From contig CP068257.2 of assembly GCA_009914755.4 (NCBI GenBank), positions 40,704,001-40,768,000 of the forward strand: a DNA stretch of 64,000 nucleotides, written 5' to 3'. The DNA is from the human T2T-CHM13v2.0 reference genome, Homo sapiens. The first letter of the stretch is position 1; each line of letters opens with the position of its first letter. Positions 1 to 14,330 of this stretch are shown one piece after another. A program made the translations under genes and the position numbers. The notes below the pieces were generated by a model that worked only from the letters and a program-made list of their open reading frames with translations, was not told where the DNA came from and did not search any database.

Positions 1-115
1 TGAAGCCGAGGCACAAGAATTGCTTGAACCCAGGAGGCGGAGGTTGCAGTGAGCTGAGATTGTGCCACTGCACTCCAGCAGTGAGTGACAAAGCAAGGCT
101 ATCTCAAAACAAAAC
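1..115 (+). mobile_element. Alu, 3' portion (truncated by window start)
   Basis: gcttgaacccaggaggcggaggttgcagtgagctgagattgtgccactgcactccagc, then an A-rich tail. Confidence 0.85.
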
Positions 116-746
116 AGCTGAGGCCTGGATCTTGCCTGGAGATGCCCTGATGTAACTGGTGTGCCCCAAGCATTAGGATTTTTAAAGCTCTCCAGGTGAT
201 TCTAATGGGCTGCAAGTTCGGGAACCACTGCCTTTGACCCTGCTCAGAAGACACCCAGATAAAAGCCATGCCCTCATTCCTTCAAACTTGGGTTAATGGA
301 GCAGCCACACCCCATGGCAGGGTTGCTGTGCAATGGCTAAATGAACCTTGTGCCTGCCGGTATTGACAGTGTTCTGAAGTCAGGGTTTTTCTCCTGCATC
401 TTTCCTTTTTCTTTGTAAATGTGGAACAATGCATAAAGACCTATATTGTAATTTAGAAATCTCCAGCAAAGATGGCTATGGGGTCATAGGGGATGGGCTC
501 AGGCTCAAACCCTGATTTCAACACAGACTGGGCAGGGCTGCCTTGGATAAGTTGTTAACTTTCTCTGAGCCTCGGTTTCCTTGTCTGTGAAATGGGGACA
601 ATAAAGACCCACTTCAAAGGGCTAGCGCAGGAAAAAGTGTATATGTGACAGGTGGCCATTATTAAATGAATGCAGAATCCCCCCTTATCCTGGATCCCTT
701 CCCTTCACGCCCACCCTGCCACCGGGGCAGTCAGGGCAGTACTCAC

Positions 747-828
747 ACAGGCCCACGTACTCCTCAGCAGAGCTGGAGGACAGCAAGGCCAGGACCAGCC
801 CCAGCATGCAGAGCGCTCTGGCAGCCAT
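747..828 (-). CDS. TFF3: TFF3 exon 1 CDS (MAARALCMLGLVLALLSSSSAEEYVGL plus 1 nt; phase-1 donor GTGAGT at 746-741). An in-frame upstream ATG at 870 would add MKRVLSCVPEPTVV.
   Basis: Exact match to the TFF3 N-terminus. Donor consensus immediately after codon 27. Confidence 0.88.
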
Positions 829-885
829 GACCACCGTGGGCTCCGGGACGCAGCTCAGGACTCGCTTCATGGTCCAGGAGGCCTC

Positions 886-892
886 ATTTATG
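886..892 (-). promoter_or_regulatory. TFF3: TATA-like box (CATAAAT) of the TFF3 promoter
   Basis: Minus-strand CATAAATGAGG lies 58 nt upstream of the MAAR start codon. Confidence 0.4.
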
Positions 893-1573
893 CACCGTTG
901 TTTGCACAGCTGCTCTGGATTGTTTGCTTGGGGAAGGCTCTCCCTCCTGGCTGTGGCTGCTCCTGTTCTCTCCTGCATGCCTTTGTCAAGCTCCCAGACA
1001 GTTTTTCTCTCCCAAAGGGGAGAGGTCAGTTCAGCCCCCACTGTTTTGGCAGCAAGCGGTAAGGGCGGATTCCAGTTCTGGTTCCGGGTCCTCTACTGGG
1101 GAGCGGATGTGTGTCAATTGCCCTCCTAGCCTGGCCTGGTGTAGTGTGCAGGAGCCATGTGGGGTGGCAGGACCAGGGTGTGGTGTCCGTTCCATCTCAG
1201 CCTCCCAGCCAGAAGCCCTCAGAACACCCCTGGTCCCATGACAAGAGAGCCCCAGGCTGCTTCATCCCAGATCGGCCTCGGAGACAGGCAGCTCTGAGTG
1301 AGTCAGGACCCTGCGGCTCTCTCACAACTCCTGAAACACAGAGATTCCTTGTCTTTCCTTTTTGCTTTCTCCCCTAAAAATTAGTAACTACATTTTAATA
1401 AGTGGATGAAATGAATTGATTGAAAATATGTTAGTAAAAACATGGTACACATAATTGATTTTTAAAATCAAATAATACAAAAGAGCCTTTCCTATCCAGA
1501 GGCATCTATTGATCTATTGTGAACACTTTTTTAGGTATCCTTTCAGAATTTTTCTCTCTGGATCTAAGCACGT

Positions 1574-1645
1574 TTTTTTGGTTTGTTTTTGTTTGTTTGT
1601 TTGTTTGTTTTTTTTTTTGTTTTGTTTTTTTGTTTTTTTTTTTTT
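1574..1645. repeat. (GTTT)n / poly-T simple repeat
   Basis: Direct reading of gtttgtttgttt and t-runs. Confidence 0.9.
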
Positions 1646-1921
1646 GGAGACAGGGTCTTGCTCTGTTACCCAGGCTGGAGTGCAGTGGCACAATCTCAAC
1701 TCACTGAGACCCCCGCCCTCGCGGGGCTCAAGTGATCCTCCCACCTCAGCCTCCTAAGTAGCTGGGCCACAGGCATGTGTCCAGCTAATATTTTGTATTT
1801 TTTTAGAGACCAGGTGTCGCCATGTTGGCCAGGCTGGTCTCAGACTCCTGGACTCAAGTGATCTGCCTTCCTTGGCCTCCCAAAGTGTCAGGATTACAGG
1901 CATGAGCCACTGCACTCGGCC
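1630..1921 (-). mobile_element. Alu (antisense)
   Basis: ggagacagggtcttgctctgttacccaggctggagtgcagtggc ... cctcccaaagtgtcaggattacaggcatgagccactgcactcggcc. Confidence 0.9.
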
Positions 1922-2760
1922 ACATTTTTAACACAAACAGGAACTGACTCTCCACCTTTGCCCAGCGTGCTCTTTTAAAAACTAAAGACTACATCTCAGG
2001 AATTGTTTTATAACAACATATCAGATGAGACAGCGATGATTCTATCCATTTTCCAGAGGAAGAAACTAAGACTCAACATTTCCGGTGCCTATCAGAGGTT
2101 ACTCCAGTGTCCCTGGTATAGCTGGTATTTAACCCACTCCCAGGACCCTAAGCCTCCGCCCTCGGCATCCGCAGCATCCCCCAACCCCCCAACCTCCTGC
2201 AGTGGACTGGCTGGTAGTGGGCAAGAGACTAATCTCATTCCAGGAAAACGGGCCCCTAGATTTTGTGTTCTCCGTGTTTCTTTTCCAGGGAGGCATTTTG
2301 ATGACCCCCACTGGCCCTTCCAGGAGCCTCTGTCTGAAGGGTGGACTTGGTTTATCACCCCGAGAAATGGGAGCGCCTGGCTGCTTGGATTTAGCCTGCA
2401 GCTGGGGTCCCCGGTGGTGTGTGCAGGGCGGCCTTGAGCCTCCAAGGGTGCATCCACAAACTGCCCTTCCCCGAGTGACCCGTGGGAGCTCGATGGCGTA
2501 CGTGCTGAGCACCAGGATGTGTCCTGCCCTGTGACTCCCAGGCCCCGCCCTTGCGCTCAGCACGCCCTTTGTGGATGGATTTGAGGGCCCCTGGCCTCTG
2601 ATGTGCCACTCCCGCTGAGGCCAGCGAAGGAGGAAGAAGGAAAGAGCGTTGCCTGCCTTGTTTTCGGGGCACTCACTTTTTCTGGGAGACAGCGGACCCA
2701 GGTTCATCAATGGACAGCAGCATTTTCATGTTATTAAAAAGGTCATTGTAGGGGAAATCC

Positions 2761-2808
2761 CTGGGGGATCTGGTGAGATCTCCCTGGGGGATCTGGTGAG
2801 ATCTCCCT
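2761..2808. repeat. 24-bp perfect tandem duplication (ctgggggatctggtgagatctccc, two copies)
   Basis: Seen directly. Confidence 0.9.
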
Positions 2809-4278
2809 GCCTTCCCACTGCTCCTAGTACCCAGAGGCCAGGCCAGGTCGTGGTGCAGGGCTGAGTTCCAGGAGGGTGCAAACACCCCAGGAACAGACTG
2901 CTGCCCCTCCGGCCCTCATGACCTGCTGGGGAAGGACCCCCGCAAGGAGCTTCTGCAGGTGCTGTGGTCTCCACCTGCTGCACTCAAAATTGCCTGGAGT
3001 GGGGAGAATATCAATGCCTGGGCCCCGCCCTGACAGGTGGTTCTGTCGCCTGTGATTCTTCTCTGCGGCCAGCACCGAGAACCCTGCTGGGGTTTGCTTC
3101 CGTTTAACTAGTGAATGTTGACTGAGCTCCTACTGCCTACACCCAGGGTTTAGGGCTGGGGAAGGAATAACAAAGGTGACACATTCTTGTCCTTGAAGAG
3201 TCCCCCCGCAAAGGGAGACGGGATCATGTCAGAGTTAAGATGGTGAAGCCAAGACTAGGTTCTGTGCTGCCTGACCTTGGGCAAGTCAGGTCCCATCTGT
3301 ACCTCAGTTTCCCTACATGTCACAGGGTGCTCACCCCACAGGACAGCATGAAGTGGTGCTGCACAGCCCAGCCAGGTGCCTGGGACACACACTGACCACC
3401 TGCCGGGTGTGCTGGATCAACCATGATGGCAGAGGAGAGGATTCCTGGTCCCGGCTCTGGTAGGAGCAAAGGCTGTGGCAAGGGGGCCAGAGCTGGGTCC
3501 TGTCAGGTGGAGACGCACAGGCTTCTCAGAGAAGGGGGATTTGGGCTGCACCTCTGGAGAGGTCAATGGGGAGGCCCGTGTGTGTCCCCTCTCTCTGTTC
3601 TAGGAGCCCCCTCCCCAGGAGCCCTGGGCTCTGTACAGGAACAGAGGATGGCATGGGAGAGCCCAACCTGCCTTCCAGAGCCTGCATTCCCACAGCCTTC
3701 CCCAGCCACCCTATTCCCCTGAGGGAGTTCCAGTTCCAGAGAAAAAGCAGAGCTGTTGTCAGAGCTGTAGGCCGTGCGGTAGTGGGCATCGGGCCCAACC
3801 CAGACAGGTGGCTCCCCTGGGCAACCCAAGACCTGGGGGTGAGCAGGACTGGCTCTAAAGGAGCCTCTCCCTTTCCTCCTTGGGAGCCGCATCCCGCATC
3901 CCTGCAGCAGCCTCGTCAGCTGTGTGCGGTGTGGCGGTGTGGGCCGTCCCAGGAGCCCTGCAAATCCCTCCCGCCCTGGGCCTTGTGCAGGGGCTCCTGG
4001 ATGGATCCAAGAAGAAGACAGTCTGCTCCCCCATGCCGGGGCTGCAACCTTTCACCTCCCGGATGCGTGGTCATTGTCACGTGCATATAACAAGCACAAG
4101 CTGAGCATGGGTCCCAGGTCAGGCACTCGGCCTGCAGATGTGGGAGCCCCAGAACATCAGGCAGAGCCCGTGCCCTCAGAGCTCACAGGCTGGTGAGGAG
4201 GAACAAGCCTTCAAGCATGAATTGTGGTGCAGTATGATTAGAGCTGGCAGAGTGGGGTGAAATCTGACTAGGTCTTGA

Positions 4279-4807
<529 letters not shown>

Positions 4808-6289
4808 TAACACTGCCTACTTTGCACTAACTCACTGCCCCACAGAAAACTCAGAGTTGATGTGGCACATGCAGGTTATAGGGTCTGCATCACCGCTCAG
4901 TTTTCTGGTATTGTCACTCGATTACTCAAGCAGCAGACAGTCCGAGGGAGGAAGGAAGTAGGAAGTTGTGCTAATCAGCACCCGTGGGTGGCCCAGGGCC
5001 GCACACCTCCCAGGAGCACCCTGCTGCCCAGCTGTCTCTCGGTCTGCAGCTGCCATGGGTGCCGCCCCTCACTCTGCACAGAACTTCCTCCTGCCTCCCT
5101 GAGAGAGGCTCGAAGACCCTTCCTGAGTCATCACGACCTGAATGTAGGTGCTTTGGGGAGGCAAACGCAGTGACCCATTCAAGGATGCTTCTGTCTTGAC
5201 ACATAGTCCACTGAGGACAAATGGGGGTGGGGACCAGGAGCAGAGCAAATGCCACCACCACGTGTAAAACAGGAAGGTCAGAACGCAGAGCAGCCCAGTG
5301 GGCTCAGAAGGGGGCATGGGCTCCAGGGTTCCCTTGTGCAGCTCAAGGAGCACTTGGTGCTGTTTCAGCCACTCGTCTTGAGAAGCAGCCACAGAGCCCT
5401 CTAAACCCAGAGCGTCTGTGGGTTTGGGACCGTTGCATCAGCCCCACGTGCAAGGGACAGGAAAGGTTCCCAGAAAGGCATGGACTGACGGCCAGAAATA
5501 ATGCAGCTGACCGCCGTGGACAGGAGCACCTCACCCGCAGCCCCACCTGCTGGACCCAGATGGGCCCTTCCCCAGCAGCCAGACCTGCTCTACCAGGAAG
5601 CAGAGCCTGAGAGGAGGGTGCAAGGCCCTCACCCAGGCACCGGAGGCACGGTGTCACCTCACCTTCCGTGTGATGCACTCCAGTCTGCAGTCCTGCACTG
5701 AGCCAGTCCTGGGCCGACAGCTGGGAGCCCCTCTTGTACCAGACCTGGGCTGATGGCATGCAGTTCTCAGAGACAGTCCCTGAATGCATTGGTGCAGGCA
5801 GCCAAGTTCAACAGCCCCAGACAGCACAGGGGACCCCATGGGGAGCCAGGTCCTCCCACCACCAGACTGGGAAGCCGCAGCCGCTCTCGGCCTTCGGACT
5901 TGGCTCATACCTGTGAGTCAAGCCTTTATCACCAAGTGATTCCCAAGTACATTGAGTTGAAGGGTGTCCTCCCCAGAATTCACATCCCTCCTGAAACCTC
6001 GGAATGTAACCTTATTTGGAAATAAAGTTTTTGCAGTTGTAATTAAACTAAGATAAGGTCTAGATCAAGCTTGTTCAATGTGAGGTCTGTCTGCCGCATG
6101 CAACCCAGGATGGCTTTGAAGACGGCCCTACACAAATCCGTAAACTTTCTTAAAATGTTATGAGATTTTTTTTGTGATTTTTTTTTTGGCTCATCAACTA
6201 TCTTTAGTGTTAGTGTATTTCACGTGTGGCCCAAGACAATTCTTCTTCTTCTGGTGTGACCCAGGGAAGCCAGAAGACTGGACACCCTC

Positions 6290-6700
6290 GGTCTAGATGG
6301 ATCCGCTCGCCATCTGGCCTGGTCTAGATGGAGTAGGGTGGGCCCTAAATCCAATATGACTAGTGTCATTATAAGAAGAGAAGAAACACTGAGACACACA
6401 CAGGGGTGCAGATGTGAGCACAGACGGGGCAGGGAGGCCACATGGCGATGGCAACTGGGGCAGAGACCGAGTGATATGCCTGCAAGCCAAGGAGGCCGGG
6501 GACTTCAGCACCCCCAGGAGCCGGAAGAGGCAGGCAGGACACTTCCCTGGAGCCCTCAGAGAGAGGAGGCCCTGTGACACCTTGACCTTGGACTTCTGAC
6601 CTCCAGAGCTGAGAGAGAATAAACAAGAATAAACATCTGTTGTTTAAACCACCCAGCTTGCGGTGCTGGTTATGATGGCCCAGGACCCTCACACACAAGG
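6290..6700 (+). mobile_element. ERVL-MaLR-type LTR fragment (MLT/MST-like)
   Basis: ggtgggccctaaatccaatatgactagtgtcattataagaag ... tctgttgtttaaaccacccagcttgcggtgctggttatgatggc resembles MaLR LTR termini. Classified from memory. Confidence 0.4.
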
Positions 6701-9059
6701 GGCGCCTGGCAGCAGGGTCTTTTCAGCCTGTGCTTTCTGGTGTGAGGGAAGAGGGAAGGGAAGGACACATTGAACGATCCCAGTGGCTTGTCTCATGGTG
6801 ACCTCTCCCTTCCTGCCCTGGCCTGGCTCCCTGGGGCCCTGGATGAGCTCTTCCCGGGTGCTCAGTGCCCCCTAGCCAGGACCACGGGTCCACTCGGCCG
6901 CCTGGATGCCTTTGACCCCACACATCGCCAGGCCTCGGCCTTCGTCCTTCCCGGCACCCATCCGATTGCTGGTCTCCATGAGTCCCTGGCTATCATCAAT
7001 CCCCAGACATGTATTTGATCCCTTCCCAAACTCCCCTGTCACCAGAATTATCCCCAGTGGACTCTTTCATTCCCATTTCCTTGTCTCAGGGGAGGCTAAG
7101 ACAACACTGGCTGGTGAGGGCTCCGGGACTCTCGCGTTCTGGTGGGGCTTGGGCTGGGCTCTGCCCGATGGAGGGCAGGGCACGCGGCAGCTCATGCCCA
7201 GGGCACAGCGGGACAGAGAGGCAGCCCTGTGAGAGGCTGTCAAAGCCAGGACACTTTTCAGACAGGTGAGTGGAGGTGCTGTGAATAATGATGCCAGGAC
7301 AAGAGTTGTGGCCAGGGAGTGTGCCTGGCAAACTGGGACCAGGACCCCCTGCCAAGAGGACATTCCACAAGCCCCCCACTGGGCTGCAGTCATTTCCAGA
7401 GACTTGAACACTGTGGAACTAGGACAGAGGGAGGAACAGGCACCCCCCCCAACTTTGGAAATGGAGACACAGTCAGGTGATCCCAACACACGTGTGGCAT
7501 AGCATCATGCCCTGACATATGTGGTCGTGCACAGATGGGGAAGGTACATGGATACATGTGTGTGCATCTGGCCCTGCAATGGGTCGGGGAGCTAAGGAGC
7601 CACACAGCACTCACGGGGCCAACCACAGCACTAGGTGTCTTTGTCTTTGTCTCCCATTCTGTGGGGATTGGTTCCTTCTCTTTTGGAAAGAAAAGTCAGT
7701 TAATCCTATGGTTTCTAAAGTCACAAAACATAGTTGCCATTTAGGCATAGTTGCCATTTAGGAGTTGACATGTCCAGTCCCATATGACAATCAAAATTCT
7801 GAACTTGACTTAAAATTAGATGTTTTCATTTGATGCCATAAAGGAATTAGTGGACATTTTTAGCATGGGGTGGATCTTTGAGTGTGTAGCTCTACGTATA
7901 TGACACACATATGGATGTAAACGTTTACATGTATCAGTATCTCTTCAAGGTATAGACTGAAATATTATGTATAATCTGTGGAATTGTCTTCAAAATAATT
8001 CAGGAAGGATAATTAGAGGTAGTAAGTATAGATAAAACAAGATTGGCCATAAGTTGATACTTGCTGAAACTCATTGATGGGGGTTCATCATACTATTATC
8101 TCTACTTTAATATATGTTTGCAATTTGCCATAATTAATAAATTGAACCCTCTCCCTCTCCTGGCCTGCTGCTCCAGGGGTAGGAACAGTTGTTGGGGCAA
8201 GGGCAGGGTAGAGGGGAGTAAGGGGAACTGGGAATGGGGAACGGAAGCTCTTCCTATACTGGACTGATGTTTCCCAGGTTGGCTCCACATTCTCTGGGCC
8301 CATCAGGTGCTTGAAACAAACGCCTTATCTCATGTGCTGCTTCCGGGGGGTCTTCAGGGGTTCCTCATCTGCAGATCCTTGGACGCTGGGGATGCACTTT
8401 CCACTAGCTCATCAATTTCTCCTCCCATCCCCGGGAACATGGTGTTGTCTTTGGTTTCTCTGAGATGATGTCTGCTCCCACCTCAAGTGTCTCTCTTGTA
8501 CAAAGTCTAGGATGACGGACACAGTTCTCTTGAGCTCCATGGCTTACCTGTGGTTCACCGGACACATTTGTGCCTCCTTCACCCCAACACACTCTGGGAT
8601 GCAGGCAGATCCTAACGGTTCGTCCTGTTCCTCACTAGATATTAGAGTCCCCAAGAGTCAGAAACCGGTGTCCTGTAGCCTCCAACCATGGAGGACATGC
8701 ACCACGCTCTCTTGGTGGACCCACTAAGACCTCATTCCTAAGACCTGAGACTAGAGACAGGCACACCCCACCCTTACCCCCTGTGGCAAGATGACAGTGA
8801 GAGAGACTCACAGCATATCAGCAACTCCTTAAAAATTCTCACACTTAGCATTTTCTACAAAATTCCCTTCCCTTAAAGCTTTTGTAGCATCAGTAGAGGC
8901 AAAATACTGAAGAATCATCTAACAATTCTCAGCCAAATTGTTTTTGATGTTTCATGGTCTATTGTCTCACTTTGAAATATGACATCTACTGTTTCTTGAT
9001 GTCTCAGCTAAATCTCCTCTCCAACACCCACAACACCAAGAGTTCCAACTATATTTATT

Positions 9060-9560
9060 CATTGTGTTACGGGAAAGGCGTCCTGATCCAAACCCCAAGA
9101 GAGGGTTCTTGGATCTTGGGCAAGAAAGAATTCAGGGCGAGTTCACAGTGCAAAGAGAAAGCAAGTTTATTAAGAAAGTAAAGGAATAAAAGAACGGCTA
9201 CTCCATAGACAGAGCAGCCCTGAGGGCTGCTGGTTGCCCATTTTTATGGTTATTCTTGACGATATGGCAAACAAGGGGTGGATTATTCATGCCTCCCCTT
9301 TTTAGATCATCTAAGGTAACTTTCTGACGTTGCCATGGCATTTGTAAACTGTCATGGCGCGGGTGGGAGTGTAAAAATGAGGACGACCACAGGTCACTCT
9401 CGTGGCCATTTTGGTTTCAGTGGGTTTTGGCCGGCTCCTTCACTGCAACCTGTTTTATCAGCAAGGTCTTTATGACCTGTATTTTGTGCTGACCGCCTAT
9501 CTCATCCTGTGACTTAGAATGTCTTAACCGTCTGGGAATGCAGCTCTGTAGGTTTCAGCC
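9060..9560. mobile_element. Unclassified LTR-like interspersed repeat
   Basis: Resembles a retroviral LTR segment (gggaaaggcgtcctgatccaaaccccaagagagggttcttggatcttgggcaagaaagaattcagggcgagtt). The family could not be assigned without a repeat-library search. Confidence 0.25.
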
Positions 9561-11614
9561 TCATTTACCCAGCTCCTATTTAAGATGGAGTTGCTCTGGT
9601 TCATATGCCTCTGACAATTGGATTCTGTATTTAGATATAAAACCCAAAGACAGAGGTCTAAATTTGTTTCTTGAGGGCTCCTACTGGGCAGATAACTGTG
9701 ACAGACTCTGGTGAGAGAGAACAAAGGCAAAAAATGTGTAGCTCCTTCCCATGAGAGACTTTGGAGTATAAGGGAAGACTAGATGTGCAGACAAATTATG
9801 GACTTTACCGAAGGGCCTGAAAGAAGAATTGAGGAAGCAGAGACGTGCCTATTCAAGGATGAGAAGACCATGGATTCTAAAGGTGGTAATTTTCTCAAAA
9901 TAAACTATATATTCAACTTATTTTCTATCAAAGTCTCAAAGGAAGATCGTAATTAAATGTCACAAACTGACTTCAGGATTTAAATGAAAAGATAAAGCAC
10001 CAAAAATACCTAGTAAAAGTTTAAAGAACGGTTCCCAGGAAGAGGAAAAGAAGAATCAGAAGATATCTATCCTATCAGACATTAAGACTGATTACAAAAC
10101 TACTGTGTTTAAAGCAGGGAAGTACGGGTGCGGGGATAAAATCAGACAACTGGAGCAGAACAGAAAGGTCAGAAATAGATCCATACACATAAGAAAATGT
10201 GGATAATATATTTGATATCAATGGGGAAACAGGACAATTGAATAAATGGTACCATGACAATCAGTTATCTGTATTTTAAAAAGACAAATTCAGATCCCCA
10301 CCTAATGACGCTAAGCTATTTTTAATTATCTACATTGAAAAAGGTAAATTTAGAACCACAATTTAACAACCCATTAACAAGTTTTCCTCTCTGCCCTGGC
10401 TGGCTTCCTGGGGAGCTGGACGAGCTCTGCCTGGGTGCTCAGTGCCCCTGAGCCAGGACACTTAGTACTGCGGTCGGTCCCGTTTATGCTGTGTGGCTCT
10501 TCAGCTTCCTGACCCATTGCAGGGCCAGATGCACACACATGCATCCATGTACCTTCCCCGTCTGTGCATGACCATGTATGTCAGAGCATGACAATATGCC
10601 ACATTTGTGTTGGGATTGCTTGTCTGTGTCTCCGTGCCCAAAACTGGGGGAGTGCCTGTTCCTCCCTCTGTCCAAGTCCCACAGTGTTCAAAGTGAATTA
10701 CAGGCCCAAAGTGAAAAGTAAAACTTTAAGTCACTAAAAGTAGAGATAGTCAACCAGCTCATACTAGACCCTGCCCTTCTTGATATAACAATGAAAACTC
10801 TGGAAAAAGCACAAAGCAATGGCCTGATGGCACTGGAAAGTGAGAAAAACAAACCAAGCACAGCTGTCTGAGATCCTGGAGGGGAGCTGACCCTGGAAGA
10901 AGGAGAGGGAATGCTGCGAATTTACTTCTGTATGGGATTTTGCCTGAGGGTAGGTCACAGTGGGTGTTGTATAGTTGCGGCTAAAACACCAGTGGAATCC
11001 TGTGGTCCTTCAGGCTGGAGAATCACTGTACTGAGAAAAGGGCAAACCCAGCTGCAGGAAAGCGAAAGAGGAATCCCAGAAAGGAGAGAGCTAGAGAGGA
11101 GAAGCTCCAAATTCTGTGTGAAAACCCTTCCCAAGTCTCTCTCTGACCCATGGACCATCCACATACAGGACAGACTCTGGCTAAAGATGAAGAAACTGAA
11201 GTTTGAATGACACCCAAGAAGCAGAGTTTGACGTTTGAATCCAATGGAGATGATTGCCTGTCAAAACAAACATACAAAATAAATAAACAGGCAAACACAA
11301 CTATCTTCAGAGGAATAGAACAGAATCTGCATTCCCCACAACTTAACAACACAATGTCCTGGCCACAATCGGAAATTACTAAACACACAACCAACAGGAA
11401 TGTCTCATGCGTTCTGAAGAGAAAAAAAGCCATCAACCTGAGATGACCCAGACATTGCAATGACCAGATAAAGATTTTAAAACAATTAGTATAAGTATGC
11501 TTGAGGAAATAAAGAAATATTGCTTATAATGTATGTAAAAATAGAAAATCCCAGAAAAAGAAAATTTAAAAACTGTGTAAAAATAACCAAGTAGAAAGTA
11601 TAGAACTGAGGGGA

Positions 11615-11918
11615 GTCAGGTGTGGTGGCTCATGCCTGTAATCCCAGCACTTTGGGAGGCTGAGGCGGGTGTATTACGGGAGGTCAGGAGTTCAAGACCA
11701 GCCTGACCAACATGGCAAAACCCCGTCTCTACTAAAAAATACAAAAAACAAAAAATTAGCTGGGTGTGGTGGTGCACACCTGTAGTCTGAGCTACTTGGA
11801 AGGCTCAGGCAGGAGAATCACTTGAACCCAGGAGATGGAGGTTGCAGTAAGCCAAGATCACACCACTGCACTCCAGCCTGGGCAACAGAGCAAGACTCTG
11901 TCTCAAGAAAAAAACAAA
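11615..11918 (+). mobile_element. Alu (sense)
   Basis: gtcaggtgtggtggctcatgcctgtaatcccagcactttgggaggctgaggcgggtg ... gactctgtctcaagaaaaaaac. Confidence 0.9.
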
Positions 11919-12152
11919 AAGAACTGAGAAGTATATGTGTGAATAATAAATCTACAGTGAATATAAACTAAATAAATAAGTAAATGAAAGAATAGTAAAT
12001 ATGTACATGAAAGTAAAACGTATTGAAGTCTTAGAGTAAAATGAAGATGACAGAGGAAAGTCAATTAACGTAAAAGATAGCACACTTTAAATTATCCAGT
12101 TTGAAGAATAGAAAGAAAAAAAAGGTTGAAGAAATGAACAAAGCCCCAACTA

Positions 12153-12523
<371 letters not shown>

Positions 12524-12649
12524 TTAAGAATGCTGAATCTTTGAGAAGATATTTCTTTTTAAAAGATAAACCTCTAACGAGACTGGTCAGGAGAAAAAAT
12601 AAAGAAAACACAAGCTACCAACATCAGGAATGAAAGATAGGCTATTACT

Positions 12650-14330
12650 ATCATGGTACAGACATTAAAAGGATAACTAGATAATATTTAGAGTAACTTA
12701 ATACCAACAAATTTGGTAACTTAAATATGAAATGAACAAATTCCCTGTAAAACACAATTTACCAAAATGGACACAGACAAAAAATAGGAAACCTAAATAG
12801 TCTTATGTCTATTAAAAATTTTGAAGTTGCTATCAAAAACCTTCCTACAAAGAAAATCGCAGGCTTGAGTGGTTTCACTGTTGCATTCTACCAAACACAA
12901 ATGAAGACCTTTAATCCATACAAACCTAGGAAAAAGATGAGCTGGGCATATTTTCCGACTCACTTTATGAGGCCATCATAAGCCTAATATGAAAACTTGA
13001 CAAATATATTATGAATAATGAAAGAGCAACATCAACACAGATTGAAAAATACTTATAAAAATATTAGCAAATTCAACCCAGCAAGATATAAAAACAATAT
13101 GTCAAGATGTAGATTTTTTTTCTAAGAAAAACAAGGTAGAGTTTAACATCAAATAATCAATGCAGTTTAACAGAAAAAAATTTTAAAACATGTAATCATT
13201 TCAATGAATGTGTAAAAAGCGTTTAACAAAATTAACACTGATACATGATAAAAATTCCCAGAAAACTCGGAATAAAGAGATTATTCTTAAGCTAATAAAG
13301 GAAATCTACAAAAAATACAACATTATACTAACTGGTGAAATATTGAATATTCTCCTCCTAAAATCTAGGCCAAAGCAAGAATTCCCACTCTCATCACTTT
13401 TATTTAACATTGTAATGGTGCTTCTAGCAATGGTATAAAGCAAGGAATAAAAGGCATAAAGATCAGAAAGGAAGAAGGAAAACTGTCTTTATTCAAGGAA
13501 GATCATTTGATTTTCAATTGCCTGTTGCTAATATATGAACACCATTGATTTTTGTATATTAACTTTGTTTCCTGTAACCTTGTTTTAAAGAATTTTTTAA
13601 ATAGATTTTTTAAAGGATGCTCTAAAATAGCACAAATCATGAAGGTGCAGTTGATAAATCTGACTCAATTACAATTAAGGATATCTATTCATCAAGACAT
13701 GATAGAGGAGTAAAAAAAAAGTCTAGTCATGAACTAGGAAAAGATATTTGAAACCCATGTAACTGACAAAGGATTGCTATAAAGGATAGGTAAAGAACTC
13801 CTTCAAACCAGTGAGAAAAAGACAAATAACATGATTTTTTAAATATACAAATAGGATTGCCACTGAAAAGAAAAGCTAGGTAGTCAATAAGGATATGGAA
13901 AGAAGCTCAACCTCACAAAAAGTCAAGGAATTACAAATAAACCAATGTTAAAATATCACTTTACTTAACATCAGATTGCACTGATTACCAAATGTCGACA
14001 AGTTGTGGAGAAATAGAAACTCTTATGCAAATCTGGCAAAAAGGTAATTGACACACCCTCTTTGGCAAGCATTTTGACAACAGCCAGTAAATTGAAGAAG
14101 TCCGTATTGTTCTGATAGAAAGAAACTGGAAACATTATACCTAGTTGCCTATCAATTGGGGATTGAATCCTGTGGAATATTATACACATGTTAAAATGAA
14201 TGAAGCAAATATATTTTTATTAATGCAAATACATTTCAAAAGTTAAAAATAAGATATAAGTTGAAAAGGCTGCATACTAGGATACCATTTCTGATTATTT
14301 TAAAAAACAACAAAATAATACCATGTATTG
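12650..14330. mobile_element. Old L1 (LINE-1) fragments, AT-rich, including an ORF2 3'-end/3'UTR-like segment
   Basis: ttccgactcactttatgaggccatcataagcctaat and gcaaatctggcaaaaaggtaattgacacaccctctttggc resemble L1 ORF2 and 3'-end sequences. Recognised from memory only. Confidence 0.45.

Larger units (their letters stand above)
1..870 (-). other. TFF3: TFF3 gene, 5' part only (promoter and exon 1). Exons 2-3 lie beyond the window start.
   Basis: Minus-strand translation of 870..747 gives MKRVLSCVPEPTVVMAARALCMLGLVLALLSSSSAEEYVGL, the TFF3 signal-peptide exon, followed by a GTGAGT donor. Confidence 0.85.

Noticed and set aside
685-1041. 118-aa minus-strand ORF containing the TFF3 N-terminus
   Set aside because: Real coding is limited to 870/828-747. 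The ORF continues through the GTGAGT donor into intron 1 (…CEYCPDCPGG…) and upstream through the promoter.
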